Assembly (NCBI GenBank): GCA_040768745.1
Contig: JAXGMI010000002.1
Location: 384,001 to 448,000 of the forward strand
Direction: 5' to 3'
Length of the DNA stretch: 64,000 nt
DNA from: Desulfomicrobium sp.
GTDB lineage: Bacteria > Desulfobacterota > Desulfovibrionia > Desulfovibrionales > Desulfomicrobiaceae
Under the pieces are notes generated by a model. That model ran no database searches. It was not told the origin of the DNA and saw nothing but the letters and a program-made list of their open reading frames with translations. Below, in pieces: positions 29,796-37,367 of this stretch (position 1 is its first letter; each line of letters starts with the position of its first letter). The position numbers and the translations under genes were made by a program.

Positions 29796-30989
29796 TTACT
29801 GACCATTGATCTCCACAACCTCGCCACCCTGTCCAGCCTCCAAGATGCTATCTGCAACAGACGCTGCACGCTTCAAGGCATCGTCTGCCAAGTGCGCGTA
29901 TCGCGCTGTCATGGCTGCGCTGCTGTGCGTGAGGAGACGTTGCAAGCTGTAGAGGTCAACCTGACCACTCGAAGCCAGCCAGGACGCGAAACAATGCCGC
30001 AGTCCGTGGCATGGTCGAAAATTTTTCGGTAGGCCTGCCTTGTCGCGAAGTCTCCGCCCCATGCGCTGAAAGTCCGCCCGCTGCCCCCCATCCTTACCTG
30101 GCCACACGAAAGGGCTACCTGTGCGGTAAATGCCTTTCAGCACCTCCACCGCCCCAGGCGACAAGGGAATGGATTGCGTCTTGCCGCTTTTGGCTGCCTT
30201 ACCACGCAGGACGAGGAAGGCGCGGTCAAGATCAACATCCTCCCAGCGCAGTGCTAAAAGTGCACTCCTGCGGATGCCGGTCAATAGCATGGTGCGAAAA
30301 TACGCAGCGGCATCTTGATCCAACTCTTCGTCTAATGCTTGGAAATATGCTCGGGCTTGCTGGGGGGTCATGTTCTCCGTGGACTCGTTGTCTACGGAAG
30401 GCATCTTGAACTTCAGATGGCCGGGACTTTGGATATGCCCAGCATCTGTCGCCCAACGCAAGATCCGCTTGAGCAGGGAGAGCACATGCTTGACCGTCTG
30501 GTCACTCAAGGGCTTACCCGTGGACCTATTCTTCGCCTTGGAGACGTCGCGCCGCAGGCGTTCTATGTCGAGAGTCACAAGCTCTTCGGGGATCTTGCCG
30601 GAAATTGAGGACGAAAGGATATGGGTATTAAAGATGCTGATCCAAGCCTTCAAGCTAGCCTGCGCTGAATGTGCGTCTTTGTAAGCGGCAAAAATGCGCT
30701 CTACGGTCCAGCGCCCGGCAGCGGCATCTTTCGCGGCCTGCTCCGCCGCCCGGCGCTCGTTGTTTGTGGGCTGTCGGCCCTCGATTCGCTCAGCCCTGAC
30801 CCGATTAGCCTTGGCCGAAGTCATTCCGTCACGGACGGAGCGCCCGACCTTCTCTTCCACCTGCACGAGCTTCCCGTCTTTGTTGGGCTTGCGGTAATAA
30901 ATATAGAATATTTTCTCAGGCTTACCAGAGGTGGACGTGGATTCCAGATAGACAACCCCAGGGTATTCAGTCTTAATCCTCTTTCCCAT
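29796..30989 (-). CDS. int: Tyrosine recombinase / integrase
   Basis: TGIRRS, KSG, HGLRH, LLTH and RYAH catalytic residues; N-terminal arm-binding-like region; adjacent to the att repeat. Confidence 0.95.
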   Translation of the reverse strand: MGKRIKTEYPGVVYLESTSTSGKPEKIFYIYYRKPNKDGKLVQVEEKVGRSVRDGMTSAKANRVRAERIEGRQPTNNERRAAEQAAKDAAAGRWTVERIFAAYKDAHSAQASLKAWISIFNTHILSSSISGKIPEELVTLDIERLRRDVSKAKNRSTGKPLSDQTVKHVLSLLKRILRWATDAGHIQSPGHLKFKMPSVDNESTENMTPQQARAYFQALDEELDQDAAAYFRTMLLTGIRRSALLALRWEDVDLDRAFLVLRGKAAKSGKTQSIPLSPGAVEVLKGIYRTGSPFVWPGKDGGQRADFQRMGRRLRDKAGLPKNFRPCHGLRHCFASWLASSGQVDLYSLQRLLTHSSAAMTARYAHLADDALKRAASVADSILEAGQGGEVVEINGQ

Positions 30990-30990
30990 C

Positions 30991-31059
30991 TCCCAGCCTC
31001 CATTTCTCCCAGCATCATTCCCAGCACGCAAGGCCAGAATAGATAAAAAACGCTGGGAG
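30991..31059. repeat. Putative integrase arm-type sites, right arm
   Basis: TCCCAGC at 30991, 31007 and 31019, and an inverted copy GCTGGGA at 31052. Confidence 0.7.
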
Positions 31060-31141
31060 TCAAGAGGAAATTTATTTTTACAACATACTGAAAACTAAAT
31101 GATTAAAAGGATAAAATCTGAAACCATAAAAAAGATCATTC

Positions 31142-31191
31142 ATTGCCTTCTAAGCAATCGGTCGGGGGTTCGAGTCCTCCCTGGCGCGCCA
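31142..31191 (+). repeat. attR: duplicated 3' 50 nt of tRNA-Arg
   Basis: Identical to 18830-18879; begins at the anticodon stem and lacks the 5' part of the tRNA. Confidence 0.97.
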
Positions 31192-31344
31192 CAAGAAAAC
31201 AAGGGGTTGGATGTAAAAATCTAACCCCTTTTGTATTTTCTAAATATGATGCCCCACCATCTGCCCCACCGCGTCCAATAAAAATGGCCGCCCACCATCC
31301 CGGCGAGCGGCCTTTATCGAATCACGCGGGAAGCGTGCGATTGC

Positions 31345-32025
31345 CTAAATCCTGGCCTGATACGTCGGACGCACTTTGCCGGGGAACGTGCCAGCCCTGG
31401 ACATTTTTTCCTGCGCCTCCATGCGTCGGCCAAGATCCAGCTTGGCGACGGTGGACAGAGGCTTTTCCATTGAAGATTCATGCCTGGATTCCTCGTATTG
31501 CAGGCGCACCGGCTCCAGCTCCAGGGAAGCATACTCGGCCACGGCATCCCACTTCACGAAACGCTCACAGGCGGTCATGATGGCGTCGCGCATCTTGCGC
31601 TTCTGCACCGGGTCTTCGTGCCCGTCCATGCGGGCCTTGAGGTTCGATGCCACGGCCAGCAGCACCGCAGGATGCCACGCACCGGCCAGCATGTTGATGA
31701 CGGAATCGTCGGGCATCCATGCGACGTTCGCCGCGACGATGGCGTGCCCGTGGTTCGCGTTGTCGGCCTGCTCCAGCGCCGCCGTGGCCAGGGCATAGAA
31801 GGAGTCTGCCAGGATCGCCCGCTGTTCCTGGAGCCATGCGACACCTTGGGCCAGCCTGATCTTGATTTCCGACATTTCGACGCTGAACTCTTTGAAGATT
31901 GCGGCTTTGCGCTCGTTGCGGGCGTTCTCGGTCAAGCCGGGGTCCAGCTTGGATTCCTTCATCTTGATGATACCGTGAATGTCCCGCAATCGCTGCACGT
32001 CAGCCTTGAATTCTGCCTTGTTCAT
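31345..32025 (-). CDS. Hypothetical alpha-helical protein
   Basis: 226-aa ORF starting MNKAEFKAD, 2 bp after the HGGxSTG gene; terminator-like hairpin at about 31280-31315. Confidence 0.7.
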   Translation of the reverse strand: MNKAEFKADVQRLRDIHGIIKMKESKLDPGLTENARNERKAAIFKEFSVEMSEIKIRLAQGVAWLQEQRAILADSFYALATAALEQADNANHGHAIVAANVAWMPDDSVINMLAGAWHPAVLLAVASNLKARMDGHEDPVQKRKMRDAIMTACERFVKWDAVAEYASLELEPVRLQYEESRHESSMEKPLSTVAKLDLGRRMEAQEKMSRAGTFPGKVRPTYQARI

Positions 32026-32027
32026 CT

Positions 32028-32294
32028 TCAGTTCCTTGGGGCCTCGCCCCGGTTGATATTGCCTAAAATTTGCCTCGCCTGCCACAGTAAGGCGTTCAAT
32101 GCCTTGCGCCTGGCGATGGCCTCCCGCGTGAAATTGCCGTGCGTGTAGCGCCCGTGTGCGGCTCCAGACAGGCTTGCCCCGCCGTGCATCCGGCAACGTC
32201 CGTTCGGCATCGCAGGGGCCTTGCAGGGCGCTCCCGTGCGTGTCCTAGCGCCGCACCGCTTGCATGTACGCAAGGGGTAATCAGTTCCGGCCAC
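32028..32294 (-). CDS. HGGxSTG-domain protein (copy 2)
   Basis: CGARTRTGAPCKAPAMPNGRCRMHGGAS. Confidence 0.85.
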   Translation of the reverse strand: MAGTDYPLRTCKRCGARTRTGAPCKAPAMPNGRCRMHGGASLSGAAHGRYTHGNFTREAIARRKALNALLWQARQILGNINRGEAPRN

Positions 32295-32880
32295 TGTCGC
32301 CCCCTCCCCCCACCGGGGCCTGGGTCACAGCGCCAACGATGGCTTGCCCTCCGGCCTCCACGGTGACGTGCTCCACGGTGACGTGCTGCCGTCCGCCCGT
32401 GCGCAGCTTCGCCAGGGCCTCGATTTGCCGGACCTGTAGCCCCTGGAATTGACACGCCAGGGCCATGTACTTGCGGCGGGCGTCGGGGTTGTTCTCGGTG
32501 TTCGATCCGATGCCAAGACACAGGGAGGACGCCGCGTCCGTGGCGATGAGCTGTTGAATCAGCAGGTGTTCAAGGGCGTTCTGCGGGGCCAGCTCCACCA
32601 GCAGGCGCAAGGCTATGTTGCGTTGCCTGTCTCCGGCTTCATCCGTGTACGGGTTCGCCGCTGTCGCCGCGTGTACTGCCCCCTGGAGCACAAGCCCGTG
32701 GTCGGTGTGTAGCGTGTCCTTCATCGCCTCCAACTGCTCGGGCGTGATGTCGAGTCGCCCATTGCCCTTGAAGGTCGGGACCATCACGGCGCGTTTCTCC
32801 CTCTCGGTCTGGACGGCGGGCACGTTTCGCTGTTTCGCCGCTGTTTTTACAGCGGGAAGGTTCTGCTGTTTCCTAGCCAT
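32281..32880 (-). CDS. Hypothetical protein with GGRQHVTVEHVTVEAGGQAIVG motif (copy 2)
   Basis: Homologous to 26506-27078 (shared DRQRNxALRLLVELAP and LLIQQLIA). Confidence 0.85.
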   Translation of the reverse strand: MARKQQNLPAVKTAAKQRNVPAVQTEREKRAVMVPTFKGNGRLDITPEQLEAMKDTLHTDHGLVLQGAVHAATAANPYTDEAGDRQRNIALRLLVELAPQNALEHLLIQQLIATDAASSLCLGIGSNTENNPDARRKYMALACQFQGLQVRQIEALAKLRTGGRQHVTVEHVTVEAGGQAIVGAVTQAPVGGGGDSGRN

Positions 32881-32998
32881 TATCGCCCACCTCCAGGTTG
32901 ATGTCCGGCCACTCGAACTCTTTCAGCTCGGGCAACTCGAACTCCACCGGCTTCAAAGCCTCGTCCATGTCCAGTTCTGACCAGCCGTCCGCGTTCAT
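32873..32998 (-). CDS. Highly acidic 41-aa peptide (not in the ORF track)
   Basis: MNADGWSELDMDEALKPVEFELPELKEFEWPDINLEVGDNG; GGAGG RBS; ATGA overlap with the upstream gene. Confidence 0.72.
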   Translation of the reverse strand: MNADGWSELDMDEALKPVEFELPELKEFEWPDINLEVGDNG

Positions 32999-33197
32999 GC
33001 TCCAGCCTCCAGCAGCACCTTAATTGGGCGCGGCTCGTACACTCTCACGCCGATGCACTCCCACTGCGCAATGAATTGTGTGCCGCAGTCGGTGCACCTG
33101 TAGCGTTGCGTCTGGAGTGTTTCGCAAACAGTAAACGCACCGTGCAGCTTGAGCGTTTTGTCTCCCCGCACCGTGGGCATGGTATTCTTTTGACCAT
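32995..33197 (-). pseudogene. Zinc-ribbon gene copy 2, frameshifted
   Basis: MVKRIPCPRCG in one frame and DKTLKLHG...QRYRCTDCGTQF in the -1 frame; the shift is at a G4 run near 33164-33167. Confidence 0.65.
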
Positions 33198-33315
33198 TTC
33201 GAACCTCCGTTTGTGCAGGACCATACCTCGTCAAAATATCTGCACAAGAAAACCAAGTGCATCTTTCGTTTTGCTGCACTCCAGCCATGAAATGAAAAAG
33301 CCCGCTTGTGCGGGC

Positions 33316-33832
33316 CTTGGGGTAAACTTGGGGTGATTTTGTGGTAGTCCGGTCTTGCCGTGATCGTGCCGTACCTTGATGTGATCTTGACCTAGTTTTG
33401 CTGTAATCTTGTTGCGGTTCATCCCCGCGCGTAGTGTTCACGCCCCATGGCGACACAAGTTTTCCCTAGTAGTTGTCTCGCCGCGCGCTGGCAGGATGAT
33501 TCATTCAAAACTGAAGTTTTCTGAAGTCAACATTTGTCAACGTCCACTCCCGCGCGCGTAGGTGTCCCGAAACTTCGCCCTTTTTATAGGTGTCGCTTCG
33601 CTGTCTCTCGCGCGTGCGCGTGTAGGTGTCAGTTCGTTGTCAGTCCCACCAGGTTGCGCCGAAGAAATGTACCTCAATTTCGGTCATGCGGAAAAAATGG
33701 AGCCCATGACGGTTTTGCCGTATGAGTTCCAGACATTTGCTCCCCCCTCGCGCGCGAGCGCGTACTGCGCGAAAAGTCCTCGCGCGCGTAGTCGTCACGC
33801 ACTCCGGGCAATCCCGCTGCCCTTTAGGTGTC
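33316..33832. repeat. Non-coding repeat-rich region (iteron/origin-like)
   Basis: CTTGGGGT x2 at 11-bp spacing, six ~11-bp degenerate tandem units at 33352-33416, TAGGTGTC x4, and many CGCGCG runs. Confidence 0.5.
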
Positions 33833-33987
33833 ACCACGGTGTAACCGCGCCCACACAATAGCCCTATTTCGTAAAAACGCGCCGTGTAGCACAGAGTTCC
33901 ACGCGATTCTTGATATTTTTTTTATGCTTTGACATATTTCCCCTGAAAAGAGGGAGTTTCCTTTCAACTCTTGCCAAGGAAGACGTC

Positions 33988-34668
33988 ATGTCAAATGCTA
34001 TTTGGATCATTGTCTATGACCTTAAAAATGCCAGAAAAGATGAATATCTTCGTTGGTTTCATGATGTTCATATCCCGGAAAAACTGGCCCGGCCGGGTTA
34101 TACTTGGGCTGCTCACTACCAAGTTTTGCGCGATGATGATGAAACACCCTCCAACAATGGGCATATAGGCTGCATTGCCTTGTTCGGCGGACAATCCACC
34201 AGCGTTTTCTACAATCCTAGCCCGGCCCAAATAAAGCCCACCCAGTCAGAGGAAACGAGGGATATGATGACCTGTCGGATGAACTCACAAAGTTTGATTT
34301 TATCCGAGGAATGGACGTCCCAAGGGCAGGTCATCGGCGATGGTATCAACCCCGCCATTAGCGCTGATATCATTTCCCTGGCGCTCTGCAATGCTGCCGG
34401 AAATGATGAGGATTTTGGTGCCTGGCTGGTTCAGGAGCATCTGAAATCAGCCGGCCAAGTCCCAGGTACAATCCGTGTACGAAAGTTTCTCGCCTCCACT
34501 GGCGGTGCCAAGCATGCAGTTATCCATGAGCGCGAAAACGTGTCGGCATCTCCAATGGCATTTACCAGGGGCGAAAACGGCGAGTGGAACGCACGGGTCG
34601 AGACGTATGTATCCTATCCTTTAGGTCAGCCGAAGACAGCCACCCTCTTGTGGCCCGTCCCGTCTTAA
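33988..34668 (+). CDS. Hypothetical protein with two EthD/DUF4286-like halves
   Basis: EYLRWFHDVHIPEKLARPG and a second-half DFGAWLVQEHLKSAGQVPG; AAGGA RBS. Confidence 0.65.
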   Translation: MSNAIWIIVYDLKNARKDEYLRWFHDVHIPEKLARPGYTWAAHYQVLRDDDETPSNNGHIGCIALFGGQSTSVFYNPSPAQIKPTQSEETRDMMTCRMNSQSLILSEEWTSQGQVIGDGINPAISADIISLALCNAAGNDEDFGAWLVQEHLKSAGQVPGTIRVRKFLASTGGAKHAVIHERENVSASPMAFTRGENGEWNARVETYVSYPLGQPKTATLLWPVPS

Positions 34669-34779
34669 ACGGAATCGGTCCACAATGAGTCCAGGAACCA
34701 GCATAATGAAAAATTATGATTTGAGTTGGACAATGTGGCCTGCCGAGATATTTCATTGGTGGTTACTCAAGATTCAAGG

Positions 34780-35622
34780 CCGGTGCCCCTTGCCTCGCAC
34801 CGGCTTCATCATCAAGCACAATCTGCGCAGGGAACCGGTGACCGGCTGGCTCGCCACTGCCAAGGAGCACGCGCCGAAAGTAGAGAATTTCACAACGTCC
34901 CGAGAAAAAGGCCGGATCTACCGGGGCTTCGTGATGCGTGAGATCGGCAAGAAGAAAAGGGCGGTCCGCCAGATTTTCGAGGTCACGGAAGTGTTGAGCA
35001 AGGACGGTGTGTTCATGATGATTCCAGAGGTCCGCGTCTGCGTTTTGTGGACCAACCTGGAATTTGATGCCGACCAGGCTTTGAAGCTGTATCGCAAGCG
35101 GGGCACCAGCGAGCAGCATCACGGGGAATTCAAGACCGAGATGGACATGGAGCGCCTGCCGTCGGGCAAGTTTGCCGTGAACGCAACCTTTCTGCGCTTG
35201 GGCATGCTGGTGTACAACATGCTTCGGGTAGCCTCCGTGGACTTGGTTGTGGCTCGAATGCTGGGGCTGAAAAAAGCCAACCGTCGCAGAACCAAGACGG
35301 TCATGCGGAGCATGATGAGCATTTGCGCTCGGATCACCCGCCATGCACGCAAGGTAATCCTGCATGTCTCCTGCCCGGAGCCATGGTTCAAGGTGGTCTC
35401 TGACCTGTTCTATCGTCTCAAGACGGCGTAACGAGATGGTCATTAGGCTGCATTCCTAGGAGTAGTGCGCCTGAAAACTGCAAAAAGTCGGTTCTCGGAG
35501 CTTGCGAAGCGACAATTGTCCTTCAGTTGAAAATTTTCAGGTCGAAAGTCGCCTGGATTTCCGAAAAATATGGTTGAAATTTCGAGCCAACAACGTTGGC
35601 AACACTTATTCACGGATTCAGG
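34780..35622 (+). mobile_element. IS1380-family element remnant (5'-truncated transposase, stop at 35431)
   Basis: FIIKHNLRR and YRKRGTSEQHHGEFKTEMDMERLPSGKFAVNA; putative right end ...CACGGATTCAGG at 35622. Confidence 0.8.
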
Positions 35623-35737
35623 TTCAAACTTCAATTAAACTCAATCCTACCAACCCTGTGCCCGAACCTTCCACCGCGTTTATGCTTGGCGTGGCGCTGT
35701 TGGCCTTGCCGGATTCCGTAGAGTGCGCCGAAACTAA
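35623..35737 (+). pseudogene. PEP-CTERM sorting-signal relic
   Basis: NPVPEPSTAFMLGVAL, then after a 1-nt shift GLAGFRRVRRN-stop; followed by a terminator-like hairpin at 35767-35794. Confidence 0.75.
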
Positions 35738-35869
35738 CCGTCTTTACTCTAGGTAGAAGCCCCCTAAGCCCTTGGCAATCGCTGAGGGCTTTTTGTTTGT
35801 GCCCTCGTCAGAACAGGGCTTCCATGGCCGCATCAATGGGTGTGTAGATCCACTCGCGGTTATGGTGTT

Positions 35870-36093
35870 GACCGCCAGGATGCCGTATATTCCCACCTTG
35901 GTCTAAAACCCTTCCGAATCAGTCCCTGGCATCCTGGCCTGGTACGACCATCCCATATCCTCCGGGCCCATGGAAGGAACCAACAACAAAATAAAGACGC
36001 TCAAAAGGCAGGCGACGGCTACCGGGATCAGGAGTTCTTCAAACTCAGGATTCTGGGAATTGACGAGGCAAGTACGCTTTAACCGGATGAGCC
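35870..36093 (+). mobile_element. ISL3-family transposase 3' remnant with terminal repeat
   Basis: GILAWYDHPISSGPMEGTNNKIKTLKRQA / GYRDQEFFKLRI (frameshifted); ends ...CCGGATGAGCC. Confidence 0.85.
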
Positions 36094-36130
36094 AAAAAAA
36101 GCCCTTTCAAAACCAGGGTTCTGAAAGGGC
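36094..36130 (-). terminator. Terminator of the lactate operon, after ackA
   Basis: A7 followed by GCCCTTTCA...TGAAAGGGC. Confidence 0.8.
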
Positions 36131-36151
36131 GCAAAAAGGGAAGGGTCAACC

Positions 36152-37357
36152 CTATTTCAATACGCCCAGGGTCGCCCGGGCAATGGCCAGTTCCTCGTTG
36201 GTGGGGATGACGAGAATGGAGACCTTGCTTTGATCGGCATGCACGGCAGTGGCCGATTTTTTGCGGCCGGCATTGCGCTTCTGATCGATCTGAATACCCA
36301 GGTGTTCAAGGTCGGCGCAAATGCGGGACCTGGTCACATCATCGTTTTCACCGATACCGGCCGTGAAGACCAGGGCGTCCAGCGGACCGGTCACGGCATA
36401 GAAGGCCCCGATGAATTTCTTGATCTGGTACACAAACATGTCCAGGGCCAGGGCCGCCCTCTTGTCCCCCTTGGCCACAGCGGCATGGATGTCGCGCATG
36501 TCGTTCATGCCGCAAATGCCTTTGAGGCCGCTCTGCTTGTTCAGAACGGCATCGACCTGCTCCATGCTCCACTTCTTTTCCTTCATCAGGAACGGCAGAA
36601 TGGCCGGGTCGATGTCGCCGCTGCGGGTACCCATCATCACCCCGGACAGGGGGGTCAATCCCATGGAGGTGTCGATGCACTTTCCTCCACGTACCGCAGC
36701 CATGCTGCATCCGTTGCCCAGATGCAGGGTGATCAGGTTGACTTCGTTGAGTGACTTGCCGAGCAGGCCTGCCGCCTGCTCGGTCACATAGCGGTGCGAG
36801 GTGCCATGAAACCCGTACCGGCGGATCTTCAGTTCCGTGTAGAGTTCATACGGAATGGCGTACGTGAATGCGTGCGGAGGCATGGTCTGATGAAATTCCG
36901 TATCGAAAACGGCAACCTGTGGCACTCCGGCGAACAGTTCGCGGGCCACTTCAATCCCAACCAGGTTGGCCGGGTTGTGCAGCGGAGAAAGGGGGCAGTT
37001 GGCGCGGATCTTCGCCACCACATCGTCATCGATGAGAACGCTGGTGAACAGAGTCTCCCCGCCCTGGACCACACGATGGCCGATGGCGTCGATTTCGGAG
37101 GTCGAGGCGATGACGCCTGTGTCCTGTCCCGCGACCAGGTCCACCACGGTGTGCATGGCCGCGTGGTGGTTGGGGAATGGCATTTCCCGCTCCACTTCCG
37201 CCTGCTTGGCCTCGCCGGGCCAGTTCTTCTGGGTCAGCTTGCCGGTGGGTTCACCGATGCGCTCCACCAGACCGGTGGCCATGACCGAGCCGCTCTCCAT
37301 GTCCAGCAGCTGATATTTGAGGGAGGAACTCCCGGAATTGATGACAAAGATTTTCAT
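36152..37357 (-). CDS. ackA: Acetate kinase
   Basis: INSGSSSLK, PLHNP, YGFHGTSH, HLGNG, TAGIGEN, PTNEE. Confidence 0.98.
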   Translation of the reverse strand: MKIFVINSGSSSLKYQLLDMESGSVMATGLVERIGEPTGKLTQKNWPGEAKQAEVEREMPFPNHHAAMHTVVDLVAGQDTGVIASTSEIDAIGHRVVQGGETLFTSVLIDDDVVAKIRANCPLSPLHNPANLVGIEVARELFAGVPQVAVFDTEFHQTMPPHAFTYAIPYELYTELKIRRYGFHGTSHRYVTEQAAGLLGKSLNEVNLITLHLGNGCSMAAVRGGKCIDTSMGLTPLSGVMMGTRSGDIDPAILPFLMKEKKWSMEQVDAVLNKQSGLKGICGMNDMRDIHAAVAKGDKRAALALDMFVYQIKKFIGAFYAVTGPLDALVFTAGIGENDDVTRSRICADLEHLGIQIDQKRNAGRKKSATAVHADQSKVSILVIPTNEELAIARATLGVLK

Positions 37358-37367
37358 GCTATCCTCT

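Larger units (their letters stand above)
18880..31191. mobile_element. Integrative element 1 (phage-satellite-like genomic island) inserted at tRNA-Arg
   Basis: Flanked by a 50-bp exact direct repeat (18830-18879 and 31142-31191); contains an integrase, an excisionase, a Rep-like gene and a type I R-M system. Confidence 0.92.
31192..33900. mobile_element. Decayed second integrative element in tandem (right boundary uncertain)
   Basis: Has its own tandem arm-like repeat at 31250-31270 and a paralogous four-gene module; no integrase or third att copy was seen. Confidence 0.7.

Noticed and set aside
31142..31191. Possible second tRNA-Arg gene
   Set aside because: Lacks the 5' acceptor strand and D-arm; it is the att duplication.
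33316..33832. Possible CRISPR array
   Set aside because: Repeats are 8-11 bp and irregularly spaced, and there are no cas genes in the window.
18880..33900. Complete prophage or conjugative element
   Set aside because: No capsid, portal, tail, large terminase, lysis, relaxase or T4SS genes were recognised.
34685..34779. N-terminus of the 248-aa ORF as a true transposase start
   Set aside because: Transposase similarity begins near 34800; the upstream part is fortuitous read-through across a junction.
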